The position numbers and the translations under genes are program-made. Positions 11,220-21,956 of a stretch of 64,000 bases of DNA are shown here, piece after piece. This DNA comes from an uncultured Heliomicrobium sp. GTDB lineage: Bacteria > Acidobacteriota > Blastocatellia > RBC074. Under the pieces are notes generated by a model, which saw nothing but the letters and a program-made list of their open reading frames with translations, made no database searches and was not told the DNA's origin. The stretch spans positions 4,417 through 68,416 of the forward strand of contig CAZMXG010000011.1 of the NCBI GenBank assembly GCA_964570175.1, written 5' to 3'. Each line of letters starts with the position of its first letter. The stretch's first letter is position 1.

Positions 11220-12224
11220 ATGAAAGCCGCCCTGCTTCGCGCTGTCGCGCCAATCGAAACGAATCCATTGCAGCTTGTCGAACTGCCGATTCCGCAACCG
11301 GGCGACGGCCAGGTTTTGGTCAAGATCAGCGCTTGCGGTGTTTGCCGCACAGACTTGCACGTGATCGAAGGCGAACTTGCGGAACGCCATTTGCCAATCA
11401 TCCCCGGCCATCAGGTTGTGGGGCGCATTGAACGACTTGGCGCAAAGGTCACTCACCTGCACGACAACGACCGCGTGGGCATTCCCTGGCTTCACCAAAC
11501 TTGCGGGCGTTGCGAATACTGCCGCGACGGCAAGGAGAATCTGTGCGAACGCGCAATATTCACAGGACACATGGTCAACGGCGGTTATGCGGAGTACGCC
11601 ATTGCTCCGGCGGATTTTGTTTATGCAATCCCTGAAGCATTTAGTGACGTTCAGGCCGCGCCGCTGCTGTGCGCAGGCATCATCGGGTTTCGTTCGCTGC
11701 GGCTTTCGGGCATTGCCGCAAACAGTCCCGGACGCAGGCTTGGACTTTACGGTTTTGGTGCTGCGGCGCATGTCGCGATTCAGGTTGCGCGACATTGGGG
11801 CGTTGAAGTTTACGCGTTCACGCGGGACGATCGGCACCGGCGGCTTGCGCTGGACCTGGGCGCAGTCTGGGCAGGCGGCAGCGATGACGCGCCACCCGCA
11901 AAAATGGACAGCGTCATTATTTTTGCCCCTGCTGGCGAACTTGTGATTTCCGCGCTGAAGGTTCTGAACAAAGGAGGAACGCTGGCCCTTGGCGGAATTC
12001 ACATGAGCCAGATTCCCCCGATTGATTATCGGCTGCTGTATCACGAGCGTGTGGTGCGCAGCGTGGCCAACAATACGCGACAGGATGGAATAGATTTTTT
12101 GCGCGTGGCCGCGGAAATTCCGATCAATACCCAGACGCAGTGTTTTCCTTTGGCTGAAGCCAATCAAGCGCTCAACGCGCTCAAACACGACGCCGTTCGT
12201 GGCGCGGCGGTGCTCAGCATTTAA
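11220..12224 (+). CDS. zinc-dependent alcohol dehydrogenase family protein
   Basis: GHQVVG and CGVCRTDLH zinc-ligand motifs plus a Rossmann GxGxxG region (LYGFGAAAH). SD GGGAG upstream. Confidence 0.8.
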   Translation: MKAALLRAVAPIETNPLQLVELPIPQPGDGQVLVKISACGVCRTDLHVIEGELAERHLPIIPGHQVVGRIERLGAKVTHLHDNDRVGIPWLHQTCGRCEYCRDGKENLCERAIFTGHMVNGGYAEYAIAPADFVYAIPEAFSDVQAAPLLCAGIIGFRSLRLSGIAANSPGRRLGLYGFGAAAHVAIQVARHWGVEVYAFTRDDRHRRLALDLGAVWAGGSDDAPPAKMDSVIIFAPAGELVISALKVLNKGGTLALGGIHMSQIPPIDYRLLYHERVVRSVANNTRQDGIDFLRVAAEIPINTQTQCFPLAEANQALNALKHDAVRGAAVLSI

Positions 12225-12256
12225 TCAATCTCGGCAGGCGGGCCACCATGAAAAGC

Positions 12257-13999
12257 TCACCAGCTCAGCCGTAGCAGTGAAACTCCCTGACGCGGCAGGC
12301 TGAATTTCAACGTGACGCTGCCGCCTACGGTTCGCAAACGCTTCGGAGGCTCGAACTGCTGTAATTGCCCGGCGCTTTCCAATTGCCGGTATTGCGAGGC
12401 AGAGGGCTGTTGCGGCGAACCCATACGCTTCCAGGCTTCATACGAATTGCTGTGGTTGGCATCAATTCGATAATGCTGCAAACGAGGCTGCCCGTTCGCC
12501 ACTCCATTGATCACCAATTCAATTTCGCTAGCGGGTGCGGCGAGATCATCGTCGTGATAATTCCACACCATGATGGAAACTTCGCGCGCCTGACGGCTGG
12601 CCAATGCGTTGATTTCAGGATTGGCGCGAACGCTCCGGTCCCGAATGGTTTCCAGTTTCAGCGCGCCGCTGCTTTCCACCGCCAGCCGTTCGCTGCCGGT
12701 TTTGCCCGTCATCAAGCCAAGCATTCTGAACACGTTCAGCACAGGCTTGTCTATTCCATTGGTTGCTAAATCGCGGAACCCGTCAAAGTACGGCTGGTTT
12801 TCAAATTCAAATGCCCACGTCACTGAACCCAGCAAGTTAACGCCATGCAGGTCGGCCAGTTCGTACGTGCGCGCAAGTTGCGCCGCAGTGTAGCTGGAAT
12901 ACATGGTGCCGTTGCGGTAACCGTTTTGCGGATACACACGCGAAGAACAAGCGGCGCAACCTTCCGGGTCGGATTCGCCAATGACAATCGGCGTGTTTTT
13001 GAATTCCGGAAACGAAGCCACAATCTCGAATCCATTGGAAATTGCCTTGAGCTGATTGCTGATGCCCATTTGCACGTGACTGTTTGCCGGTGGCGGCTGG
13101 CCCTGAGCCGTGACCGGCTTTCCATCCGGGCCGATCACACGCGGCGAGCCTTTGGCATGAAAGCCAATGTAATCCAGCGGCGTGCCAATTTTACCATTCG
13201 CCGCATTTGTGCCGCGCGCGCAATGCTCCAGAAAGTCGCGCAGGAATTTTTGCGTACGCGCGCCCAGCGGACCAGTCACGTGCGGACCGCCAATGCGCGC
13301 AGTCGGCAACGCGCGTTTCACAGCGTCGGCGGTGTAATCGTAAAGCTTGAAATACTCTTCGGGCGTGCTTTGCCAATAGCCAATGTCCGGTTCGTTCCAC
13401 AATTCCCACCACCAGCTTTCGACTTCAGCGCGACCATATTTACTGACGCAATGGCGCACCCACTGAAAAACCAGTTCCGACCATTTGGCATAATCACGGG
13501 GCGGATGCGCCCAGCCTGTGTAAATCGAATTGTAGGTTTTGCTGATGTCCCAATCGTGGCGGTAAGGCTGCGGCTTGACCGAAAGCGCTTCCGGCATAAA
13601 GCCGATTTCGACCAGCGGCTTCATTTTGCGCTCGAGCAAGGTGTCGAAAATGCGATCTACAATCGTCCAATCGTATTTCGGCTGTCCGTTCGCATCTTCG
13701 GTAAAGGCGTTCGTCGAACCCCATTTCAGCGCCGCTTTGCCGTCGCCCGTCGTCAGCAGATTGTGTGTGCGAACGAAAACCGGCGTGGGACTGAGCGCGG
13801 AAAGTTCCGACAGCAGTTTTTTGCCGTCTTTCATGTAGGTGTAATTCGGTTCATCGTACCCGAACCACGCCCACATCGGTTTCAGCGGACCTTTGCGCTG
13901 ATTGGCGTCCACGCGAATCGTGACGCGTTCCGCAGCCGGCTGCCCAGGCGACAAACTGCCGAGTAAAACAACACAAAGAAAAATGCTGATGGCTCGCAT
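12257..13999 (-). CDS. secreted glycoside hydrolase, GH39-like (beta-xylosidase/iduronidase fold)
   Basis: N-terminal signal peptide (MRAISIFLCVVLLGSLSPG). GH39-type catalytic region WWELWNEPD. Start at ATG 13999, 5 nt after the galT stop, so operonic. Confidence 0.65.
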   Translation of the reverse strand: MRAISIFLCVVLLGSLSPGQPAAERVTIRVDANQRKGPLKPMWAWFGYDEPNYTYMKDGKKLLSELSALSPTPVFVRTHNLLTTGDGKAALKWGSTNAFTEDANGQPKYDWTIVDRIFDTLLERKMKPLVEIGFMPEALSVKPQPYRHDWDISKTYNSIYTGWAHPPRDYAKWSELVFQWVRHCVSKYGRAEVESWWWELWNEPDIGYWQSTPEEYFKLYDYTADAVKRALPTARIGGPHVTGPLGARTQKFLRDFLEHCARGTNAANGKIGTPLDYIGFHAKGSPRVIGPDGKPVTAQGQPPPANSHVQMGISNQLKAISNGFEIVASFPEFKNTPIVIGESDPEGCAACSSRVYPQNGYRNGTMYSSYTAAQLARTYELADLHGVNLLGSVTWAFEFENQPYFDGFRDLATNGIDKPVLNVFRMLGLMTGKTGSERLAVESSGALKLETIRDRSVRANPEINALASRQAREVSIMVWNYHDDDLAAPASEIELVINGVANGQPRLQHYRIDANHSNSYEAWKRMGSPQQPSASQYRQLESAGQLQQFEPPKRLRTVGGSVTLKFSLPRQGVSLLRLSW

Positions 14000-14004
14000 G
14001 CAGA

Positions 14005-15036
14005 TCAACCCCGCGTCTGTTTGTAATGAATGCTTGATTGGGCGCGTAGCTCAGCGGCTTTCTCTTCCGGCGCCGTGTCGCTTAGGAAGTTGCCGCCGCC
14101 GATCTCCGGGCCAGCCAGGTATTTCAACAAGTTGGGCCGCCGCAGCGGCGGATGAAATTCGATGTGGAAATGAAACCCGCGATGATCTCCGCCGTCGGTC
14201 GGCGCTTGATGCAGCGGCATGACATACGGAAATGGCATTTGCCACAGGTTGTCGAACTTCACCAGCAAACACTTCAACGCTTCAGCCAAATCTCGCGTTT
14301 CCTGTTCGCTGAGTGTTGCCAGACTTGCGTGCGTGGCTTTGGGCGCAACAAAGGCTTCGTATGCGTAACGGGCAAAATAGGGCAAAAAGGCAATTGCCGT
14401 TTCGTTTTCAAAAATAATGCGCCGCCCATCTTCGCGTTCGGCTTTGAGAATGTCTTGAAACAGCACTCGCCCGGTTTCGGACAGATGGCGCTCAGAAACT
14501 CGCGCTTCGGTTTCGATGGTCTTAAAGACAAAGTTGGTCGCGTAAATCTGGCAATGCGGATGCGGATTGGAAACGCCGACGACTTCCCCTTTGTTTTCAA
14601 AAAACAGCAGGTGATTGATGTCCGGATGCGCGCCGAGTTCGATGTATTGTTCCCGCCAGACTTGCAACAAGTTGACGATTTCTCCAGGTTCCAGTTCGGC
14701 CAGAGTCAGGTTATGGAGCGGGCTGTAACAGACAACGCGCGCGATGCCGTTGGCGGGCCGATTGCGATAAATACCAAAGGGTTCCACCAATTCGTGCGGA
14801 GCATTGAAACCCACACATGGATGATCGTTATCAAACACATAAGTGCCTTTGTAATCGGCATTGCGCTTTCCGCTGACGCGTTCATTGCCTGGGCACAGAT
14901 AACAATCGTGTACATAATCGGGCAACGTCGCCTCTGTGTGCGAGACAGTTTCGCCACTCCACGGACGGTTTTGCCTATGCGCGGCAACGATAATCCATTC
15001 TTCACGCAGCGGATGCCAGCGTTCTTCCCAAACCAT
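14005..15036 (-). CDS. galT: galactose-1-phosphate uridylyltransferase
   Basis: HIT-like HPHCQIYA active-site motif and a Cys/His zinc site (CYLCPGNER) typical of GalT. Confidence 0.8.
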   Translation of the reverse strand: MVWEERWHPLREEWIIVAAHRQNRPWSGETVSHTEATLPDYVHDCYLCPGNERVSGKRNADYKGTYVFDNDHPCVGFNAPHELVEPFGIYRNRPANGIARVVCYSPLHNLTLAELEPGEIVNLLQVWREQYIELGAHPDINHLLFFENKGEVVGVSNPHPHCQIYATNFVFKTIETEARVSERHLSETGRVLFQDILKAEREDGRRIIFENETAIAFLPYFARYAYEAFVAPKATHASLATLSEQETRDLAEALKCLLVKFDNLWQMPFPYVMPLHQAPTDGGDHRGFHFHIEFHPPLRRPNLLKYLAGPEIGGGNFLSDTAPEEKAAELRAQSSIHYKQTRG

Positions 15037-15315
15037 AAATTTCCTAATTCCAAAACAACAGAAAAGTCTGTTTCGGCAATTCCTCTTTGAACCAACGAAA
15101 ATAAGGCGGACCGTTTGTCTCCCTCGCCGTCAGAATCAGCCTTTGACTGTTCATATACCATCAATTTGACTGAGTTTTTGCGTATTTACTATCAATATGA
15201 ACACAGGTCAAGCCAAGTTCGACCCATTTCTGCCAAGTTGGCCTTGAGAGATCCTGGTTGGGTGCTGTTTGAGAGAAAAAAATGGCGTGTCAGTTGACGA
15301 TTGAGTTGGAAAGAT

Positions 15316-16107
15316 TCAAGCCCGCAACACCGTGATGTTTTTTGCGGCAAACATGGCAACCGCTTTATCCGAAGTGAGTTTATCCGTGACCAGAACTTGA
15401 AAATCGCTTGCCGGCCAAATCACGGACGCGCCGACCAGGCCAATCTTGCGATGGTCGGCAACAACGATCCGCTGGCGCGCTTGCCGCATCATCGCGCGAT
15501 GGATTGCCGCCTGGTCCGGGTAATTGGTGGTCAGGCCGTGCTCTGCGTGAATGCCATCCACGCCGATAAAGACCTTATCAACGAACATTTCCCCAACATT
15601 ACGCTGCGCAACATCACCTACCAGCGCGAACCAGTCTCCGCTTAAATTGCCGCCGGTCATGCAAACCTTGATGTCGGCCAGATGGCTGAGCTCCATTGCG
15701 ACGTTGAGGGCGTTCGTCAATACGGTGATTCCTTTGCGATGCCGTATGCTGCGTGCAATCTGTGTGGTGGTGGTGCCTGCGCCAATGGCGATAATCTCTC
15801 CGTCGGCGATCAGGCTTGCAGCCAATAATCCAATTTGGCGCTTTTCAGACGCGCACTTTTCTTCCTGTTCCTGAAACGATGAAAGGTGACGAAACGGTTC
15901 GTAAAGCATTGGAGCGACGGGCACTGCTCCGCCGTGGCTGCGCAACAAAAATCCTTGTCGTTCCAGTTCTGTCAAATCCCTGCGAATCGTGGCTTCTGAA
16001 ACACCAAGTTGCCGGGCAAGGTTATCAACTGCAACTTCCCCATTCCGCAATAGCTCTTGCAGGATCAACTCTGCGCGCCGCTCCGTCGTTGACTTCAAGC
16101 TATCCAT
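15316..16107 (-). CDS. DeoR/GlpR family transcriptional regulator
   Basis: N-terminal HTH (VAVDNLARQLGVSEATIRRDL) plus a C-terminal DeoR sugar-phosphate-binding domain. Start at MDSLKS after AGGAG. Confidence 0.8.
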   Translation of the reverse strand: MDSLKSTTERRAELILQELLRNGEVAVDNLARQLGVSEATIRRDLTELERQGFLLRSHGGAVPVAPMLYEPFRHLSSFQEQEEKCASEKRQIGLLAASLIADGEIIAIGAGTTTTQIARSIRHRKGITVLTNALNVAMELSHLADIKVCMTGGNLSGDWFALVGDVAQRNVGEMFVDKVFIGVDGIHAEHGLTTNYPDQAAIHRAMMRQARQRIVVADHRKIGLVGASVIWPASDFQVLVTDKLTSDKAVAMFAAKNITVLRA

Positions 16108-16201
16108 CCCAACTCCTATCAATAACAATCGAAATAGGTAACAACCACTCAGGTGGAAACAGATCTGTGAAATGCCGCTCCGTTTCCCAGACTTTGCTCA
16201 G

Positions 16202-18451
16202 TTAGCGGGCACTTTCCGCAGGGGGCGCATTCGGGTCAATTTTCTCCAGGACTCTCATCAAGCGGTCGAAGTCCACAGGCTTCACCAGATGGCCGTCGAA
16301 GCCTGCTTCACTGGATCGCTGTCGGTCTTCTTCCTGCCCCCAACCGGTCAGTGCCACCAGCACAACCGTTTTCCCCCAAGGCTGCTGCCTGATCCGGCGC
16401 GCCGCTTCGTAACCGTTAAGCTTGGGCAAGCCAATGTCGAGCAAAATGACGTCCGGGCGTAAGGTCGCAGCCGCCTCGACAGCCTCAAGACCATCAAAGG
16501 CTGTATGTGTTTCATTTCCGTTGATCTTCAACCAGATGGCCAGGGATTCTGCCGAATCACGATTGTCATCAACCACCAGGAACCGTCGAATCGTCCTGGC
16601 AGCCGCGTCTTTAGGCACAGACTGCAAAGGTTGATGTGCCTCCAATAGCACTGGCAGGCGCACGACAAATTCACTTCCCCTGCCTTCCCCTTCGCTGAAG
16701 GCACTTACCGAACCGCCATGCATTTCAACCAATCGCTGCACCAGCGTCAGCCCAATGCCCAACCCGCCCTGGGAACGATCCAAGGAATGATCTATCTGCA
16801 TGAACATATCGAAGATTTTAGAAAGCATGTTGGGCGCAATGCCGACGCCGGTATCTTTCACCGACACGAAAACTTCGCAGCCCTTCTCTTCTACGGCCAA
16901 TGAGATATGGCATCCGGGGTCGCTGTATTTGCAGGAATTGCTAAGCAGATTGCCGAACACCTGGGCCAAACGCGTCGAGTCAGCATACAGATACACGGGT
17001 TGCGATGTCAGCGTTACCGTCAATTTGTGACCGGCCTGGTCAATGGCCGGACGGATGGTTTCAATTGCGTGGTGAAGGATCTGTGAAAGGTCAACACGTT
17101 CCTGACGAAGTTCGATTCTGCCCTGGCTAATGCGGCTCACGTCTAAAAGATCATCCACCAGATGAACCATGTGATCCACCTGGCGCTCCATGATTTCAGA
17201 AGCGAACCTGACTGTTTCGCTGTTCCCTTCAGACAATCGCATGATTTGCAGGGCGTTGTGGATCGGGGCAAGCGGGTTGCGCAGTTCGTGCGCCAGCATC
17301 GCCAGAAATTCATTCTTTCGCCGGTTGGCTTCAGACAGGTTCGCCGCCAATTCACGCAACTGATCTTCCGACTGCTTGCGCTCCGTGATGTCTCTGAATA
17401 CCAGCACACACCCAACAATCTGTCCTTTTTTGCAGCGGATGGGCGCGGCGCTGTCGTCAATAGGCCGCTCCGTGCCGTCTTTTGCAATCAAGATTGTATG
17501 GTTTGCCAGACCGACGATAACTCCTTCCCGCAACGCCCTGGTTACAGGACTTTCCACCAACTGGCGCGTGGTTTCGTTGACGATGTTAAATGCCTTTTCC
17601 AACGGCAGATCAGCAGCTTGTTCTATTTTCCATCCGGTCAGCGATTCGGCGACGGCATTCATCATTGTGATTCGCCCTTCAGCATCGGTTGCGATTACGG
17701 CGTCTCCGATGCTGGCCAGCGTGGTTCGCAATCGCTCAGCTTGCTCTGTAATGACGGCAGCAGCTTTGGCGCGGGTGGCCAAATAACGACGGAGTAGAAC
17801 CAGAAACGCTCCAACTGCCGCCAAGGCAAGAAAGCCGGATAACAGGCTGGTGATCCTTGCCAGTCGATGGGTCTGCTCAGTTTTTCCCGCCCGATCGGCC
17901 AGGAGAGATTGTTCATGCTCGATCATTCCGCCAATCACACCGCGCAAAGCATCCATCTCGCTCTTGCCTCGATCGGTTTTGATGGATTGCCGGACAGCAT
18001 CGAAGCCATCCAACTTTTTCAAAGCGATGTTGTGGTCGAGTGTTTGCAGACGCTTAGCAATCCGTTGCCGCAATTCCGGAAACTGTGCTTGCTGATGGGC
18101 GTTGTCTTTTGTCAGGCGCGCTATATCGTTAACCTTTTTGTCAATTTCCCCTATGGCTCGATTGTATGGCTCCAAATAGCGTGGATCGTCTGTAATGATA
18201 AACCCTCGCTGTCCTGTTTCCGCGTCTTTGACTGAGGATAAAAGGTCCTGCAGCCCAATGATCACTTGATACGTATGAGCAACCCATTTGGAATCTTCGC
18301 TTAGCTGTCGAATGTTGCGAACCGCCAAGGCGACATTGACGATGAGCAAGATAAACACAATTCCCGCCCCTGCTCGAATCCAAAGCAAGGAACGCCGGTT
18401 ACTGGATTCCTCGTTCATCATTGTCTCAGTGGGTAAGTTGTTAAAAGGCAT
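16202..18451 (-). CDS. hybrid sensor histidine kinase/response regulator with periplasmic CHASE3 domain
   Basis: TM helix, CHASE3, HAMP/PAS, HisKA (HELRNPL), HATPase_c ([10 protein letters not shown]) and a C-terminal receiver (VVDDN...DIGLP). Start placed at M17 after an AGGAG SD; the track ATG at 18499 is possible. Confidence 0.8.
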   Translation of the reverse strand: MPFNNLPTETMMNEESSNRRSLLWIRAGAGIVFILLIVNVALAVRNIRQLSEDSKWVAHTYQVIIGLQDLLSSVKDAETGQRGFIITDDPRYLEPYNRAIGEIDKKVNDIARLTKDNAHQQAQFPELRQRIAKRLQTLDHNIALKKLDGFDAVRQSIKTDRGKSEMDALRGVIGGMIEHEQSLLADRAGKTEQTHRLARITSLLSGFLALAAVGAFLVLLRRYLATRAKAAAVITEQAERLRTTLASIGDAVIATDAEGRITMMNAVAESLTGWKIEQAADLPLEKAFNIVNETTRQLVESPVTRALREGVIVGLANHTILIAKDGTERPIDDSAAPIRCKKGQIVGCVLVFRDITERKQSEDQLRELAANLSEANRRKNEFLAMLAHELRNPLAPIHNALQIMRLSEGNSETVRFASEIMERQVDHMVHLVDDLLDVSRISQGRIELRQERVDLSQILHHAIETIRPAIDQAGHKLTVTLTSQPVYLYADSTRLAQVFGNLLSNSCKYSDPGCHISLAVEEKGCEVFVSVKDTGVGIAPNMLSKIFDMFMQIDHSLDRSQGGLGIGLTLVQRLVEMHGGSVSAFSEGEGRGSEFVVRLPVLLEAHQPLQSVPKDAAARTIRRFLVVDDNRDSAESLAIWLKINGNETHTAFDGLEAVEAAATLRPDVILLDIGLPKLNGYEAARRIRQQPWGKTVVLVALTGWGQEEDRQRSSEAGFDGHLVKPVDFDRLMRVLEKIDPNAPPAESAR

Positions 18452-19184
18452 CCGTACTCCTGAAAATACTCCTTCGTTCAGTGGCTGGGGTTGATCCATT
18501 CCTTCAAGTCATCGCCGCGCACGGCCACTGCAAAGCCAGAAACAAGTGGAACAACGATTTTTACCCAGCCTTAGGCGATTTATGCCTCCCGATTCGAATC
18601 TATTGCGTTACTGATGATCAGTCTTTCGGAACTTCGCATCGCCTGCGACAAGGATCGCTGCGTAAAGCCTGCCAAGATGAAATGTATGTATTCGGCGGCC
18701 ATTGTACCTCGAAATGTTTAAGCTGACACAGACAGCACATTTTATGCAGCATCTGATCAGTCCTTGTTTTTAACTCAGTGAGCGCCAGGTTCGCTGAGTA
18801 CGGATATTTTTGTGAATTTCAAATTACCCTCTCAGCATGCCCTGTGCGCACTGTGGCTAAAAATAAACAAGTCTGGCATTTTACTGCAATGGTGGCGTGG
18901 TGGTTTGATTCCGACTCTGGCATAGGAAGCGGTATCCTGAAAACGCTCTATTTTGTGATGATGACTTCGCTCTCATAGTGCATAATTGGGCGCGGCAATA
19001 ACGGTTTGGCGCATTCAGCAAGGAATGCATCCGCGCGGGAACTTATGTGTTGCCGTTGCGCGCTGAAAAGCCTTTGCCTCCTTCGCAATCACTTTCGAAT
19101 CTATCGGTCTAAATTGCTTCCATCGCTTGGGAAAGTCCGAACGATGCGAAACTGGCAACTGGAAACTACAAGGACAATTCTATT

Positions 19185-19649
19185 ATGACGATGTATCTAT
19201 TTGCGCTGCTGATTGGGATCGTCGCCGGATTGCGCGCCATGACAGCCCCGGCGCTGGTGAGCTGGGCAGCACATCTGGGTTGGCTGGATCTTAACGGAAC
19301 CTGGCTGAGTTTTTTGGGGAATTTTTGGGCCCGCTGGATTCTGACATTGTTCGCGCTTGTCGAACTGGTGACAGACCAACTTCCTTCCACGCCCAGTCGC
19401 ACCGTGCCGGTTCAGTTCGGCGCACGCATTGCAACGGGAGCGCTTTCCGGCGCGGCCATCGGCGCTGGAAATGGAACGATAATTGGCGGGCTATTGGCCG
19501 GGATTGTAGGCGCAATCATCGGCACACTTGGTGGACGCGAATTCCGCGCGCGACTTGCGAAAGCCTTTGGAAGCGATCGCCCCGCCGCTTTGATTGAAGA
19601 CGTAGTTGCCATCGGCGGCGCACTACTGATTGGAGCGGCGCTGCAATGA
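19185..19649 (+). CDS. DUF4126 family membrane protein
   Basis: 154 aa, glycine-rich hydrophobic helices (GIVAGLRAMTAPALVSW...). Overlaps the downstream gene by 4 nt. Confidence 0.6.
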   Translation: MTMYLFALLIGIVAGLRAMTAPALVSWAAHLGWLDLNGTWLSFLGNFWARWILTLFALVELVTDQLPSTPSRTVPVQFGARIATGALSGAAIGAGNGTIIGGLLAGIVGAIIGTLGGREFRARLAKAFGSDRPAALIEDVVAIGGALLIGAALQ

Positions 19650-21028
19650 AAAACTTCGACGCCATCATTATAGGAGCAGGGCAAGCTGGCCCTTCGCTGG
19701 CAGGCAAGTTGACCGGCGCCGGGATGACCGTGGCATTCGTCGAACGAAAGTTGTTCGGCGGAACCTGTGTCAACACGGGTTGCATGCCAACCAAGACGCT
19801 GGTTGCCAGCGCATATGCCGCGCATTTGGCGCGCCGCGCTGCTGACTTCGGCGTCGTGCTGGAAGGCAGCGTCCAAATAGATATGAAAAAGGTGAAGGCG
19901 CGGGCGGACACCGTTACCATCAACGCTCGCACCGGCCTTGAAAACTATCTGCGCGGAATGACCGGCTGCACGGTATTTGAGGGACATGCTCGATTCGAAG
20001 GGCCGGATCGCGTGCGCGTAGGGGAAGAATTGCTGACCGCGCCGCGTATTTTCATCAACGTGGGTGGTCGTGCAGTTGTGCCAGACCTGCCGGGCATCCA
20101 CGCAGTGCCTTACCTAACCAATACGACGATGCTTGCGCTTGATCATTTGCCCGAACATCTGGTGGTTGTCGGCGGTAGTTACATCGGCCTGGAATTCGCG
20201 CAAATGTACCGGCGTTTTGGCGCCCGGGTGACGATTATTGAAAAAGCACCGCGGCTGGTAATGCGCGAAGACGAAGACATTTCGGAAGCGATTCGGGAAA
20301 TTCTGATGCGCGAAGGCATCACTGTCCGGACAAACGCCGAATGCATCAGCTTCGCCAAGCACGAACAAGGCGTGGCAGTTGGCGTCAACTGCGCCAGCGG
20401 CGAACCAGCGTCCATCGGTTCGCACGTGCTTCTCGCCGTTGGCCGCCAGCCAAACACTAGCGATTTAGGCCTGGACAAAGCAGGCGTTGCTACCGACGCA
20501 CGCGGTTACATCACAGTGGATGACAGCCTAGCGACCAACGTTCCGGGCATTTGGGCGCTCGGAGATTGCAATGGACGAGGCGCGTTTACGCACACCGCCT
20601 ACAACGATTTTGAAATTATTGCCGCCAACCTGCTCAAAGGGGAAAACCGTCGTCTCAGCCACCGCATTCCGGCCTATGCGCTGTACATTGATCCGCCGCT
20701 GGGCCGCGTGGGAGTGACCGAGCGAGAAGCGCGCGCCAGCAGCAGGCCGCTGTTGATTGGCCATCGTCCGATGACCCGCGTCGGGCGCGCGGTCGAAAAA
20801 GACGAAACGCAGGGATTTATGAAAATCATCGTGGACGCGGAAACACGCCGCATTCTGGGCGCGGCAATCCTTGGCACCAGCGGCGACGAAGCGATTCACG
20901 GCATTTTGGACATTATGAATGCGGACGTTCCTTATGAAGTGCTGGAACGCGCCGTGCCGATTCATCCAACTGTTTCCGAACTGATCCCAACCGTGTTGAA
21001 CGAACTTCGCCCAATTGAGGAAAAGTAA
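19646..21028 (+). CDS. FAD-dependent pyridine nucleotide-disulfide oxidoreductase (RclA / mercuric-reductase-like, no NmerA domain)
   Basis: GxGxxG FAD site (DAIIIGAGQAG), redox-active disulfide GGTCVNTGCMPTK, and a C-terminal dimerisation domain (HPTVSE). Confidence 0.8.
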   Translation: MKNFDAIIIGAGQAGPSLAGKLTGAGMTVAFVERKLFGGTCVNTGCMPTKTLVASAYAAHLARRAADFGVVLEGSVQIDMKKVKARADTVTINARTGLENYLRGMTGCTVFEGHARFEGPDRVRVGEELLTAPRIFINVGGRAVVPDLPGIHAVPYLTNTTMLALDHLPEHLVVVGGSYIGLEFAQMYRRFGARVTIIEKAPRLVMREDEDISEAIREILMREGITVRTNAECISFAKHEQGVAVGVNCASGEPASIGSHVLLAVGRQPNTSDLGLDKAGVATDARGYITVDDSLATNVPGIWALGDCNGRGAFTHTAYNDFEIIAANLLKGENRRLSHRIPAYALYIDPPLGRVGVTEREARASSRPLLIGHRPMTRVGRAVEKDETQGFMKIIVDAETRRILGAAILGTSGDEAIHGILDIMNADVPYEVLERAVPIHPTVSELIPTVLNELRPIEEK

Positions 21029-21075
21029 AATGGCAACTGAAAGTGATGCCAAATACCGGACAGCGCGGTTTCCAT

Positions 21076-21942
21076 TCACTTCTTCGCCTTCTTTTTCCCT
21101 GGCAATGCTTTCTCTTCCGTAATTGTTTCCGATAAAGAAGGGATCACGATTCGTTCGCGGCTTGACTCCTCATGATCCACATCGGATTCAGGCGGCATAA
21201 TGATCAAGGATTCAGGCTTTCTTTCGAAACGAGCTTCGGATTGGTTTGCGATAGCTGGGAGCTGGCGCCTGCAATTATCAGGACTGGGAAACTTAACCTC
21301 TCCATTAGGGTCAACCTGGACTGTTTTCAGCACAATCCACGGCTCTTTTGGGCAAGGCAGGCAAGCACCGGCCTCCGGACCAGTCTGTGTATGGGAAGAA
21401 GGGCAGGCTTTCAAAACTTTGATCTCATACCCGTCGCGTAGACGCGAATATTCGCAAGCAGAGTCGTCACAACCACATCCTGATGGTTGCACGCGCACGG
21501 GACGAGTCATTACTTCTTTATAGCGAATCGCCAGAAACAGCGGTTTATCATCCCGCGTTTCGTGAACCTCGCTGCACCAGGGATCAGACTCTTCAACGCA
21601 GGGTTCGCCGGCTACACCGATCATGCTTTGCCCTCGCAAATCGAACGTGCGCTCGCAATCAATCACAATTTCATCGCCATACGGACCTAAAATATAGCCA
21701 GGTGTGATGACGACGTTCCATGGCGGCACTGTTTTGCCATCCTTTGTCACAGGCTTAACCTCTGCGCCGCAAACGATTCCCCAGCCGTGCAGCATGCGGT
21801 TATGCAAGCGCAGCTTGCTGCGAAAATAATCCTGTTCCAGTGTCATATCATCCGCAGTGATGAGCTGGCGGGCGTAATACCTTGGGCGTTCGCTGTTGCT
21901 GTGATCACAACGTATATCTTGGCAGAGCGTAGCTGTATTCAT
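21076..21942 (-). CDS. CIS-cluster paralogue A, putative tail-fibre/receptor-binding protein (function inferred)
   Basis: Shares the N-terminal motif RxYFxGQxLxxxDxxxEQxYxxxKxxLHNRxLHGxGIVCG with three other ORFs in the cluster. Cys-rich divergent C-terminus. Terminal gene of the cluster. Confidence 0.6.
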   Translation of the reverse strand: MNTATLCQDIRCDHSNSERPRYYARQLITADDMTLEQDYFRSKLRLHNRMLHGWGIVCGAEVKPVTKDGKTVPPWNVVITPGYILGPYGDEIVIDCERTFDLRGQSMIGVAGEPCVEESDPWCSEVHETRDDKPLFLAIRYKEVMTRPVRVQPSGCGCDDSACEYSRLRDGYEIKVLKACPSSHTQTGPEAGACLPCPKEPWIVLKTVQVDPNGEVKFPSPDNCRRQLPAIANQSEARFERKPESLIIMPPESDVDHEESSRERIVIPSLSETITEEKALPGKKKAKK

Positions 21943-21956
21943 GATGTTTCCCTCTT

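Noticed and set aside
12845-13966. 373-aa plus-strand ORF antisense to the GH39 gene
   Set aside because: It lies entirely inside a well-supported minus-strand gene. It is R/A-rich as expected of antisense high-GC ORFs, has no SD and no recognisable motifs. Similar long antisense ORFs were rejected at 5103-5897 (in glgP), 23091-24110 (in the NHL-gpI gene), 31739-32875 (in gpJ), 37179-38210 (tube/sheath region) and 59696-60667 (in tricorn-1).
18890-18940. Possible tRNA gene (GGTGGTTTGATTCCGACTC resembles a TΨC arm)
   Set aside because: No 7-bp acceptor stem, D-arm or anticodon arm can be formed with the flanking sequence, and no CCA or discriminator context is present. Treated at most as a degenerate fragment.
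21029-21075. Possible terminator between convergent RclA-like gene and CIS paralogue A
   Set aside because: Only a 3-bp GC stem (CCG…CGG) could be drawn and there is no U-tract. Insufficient evidence.
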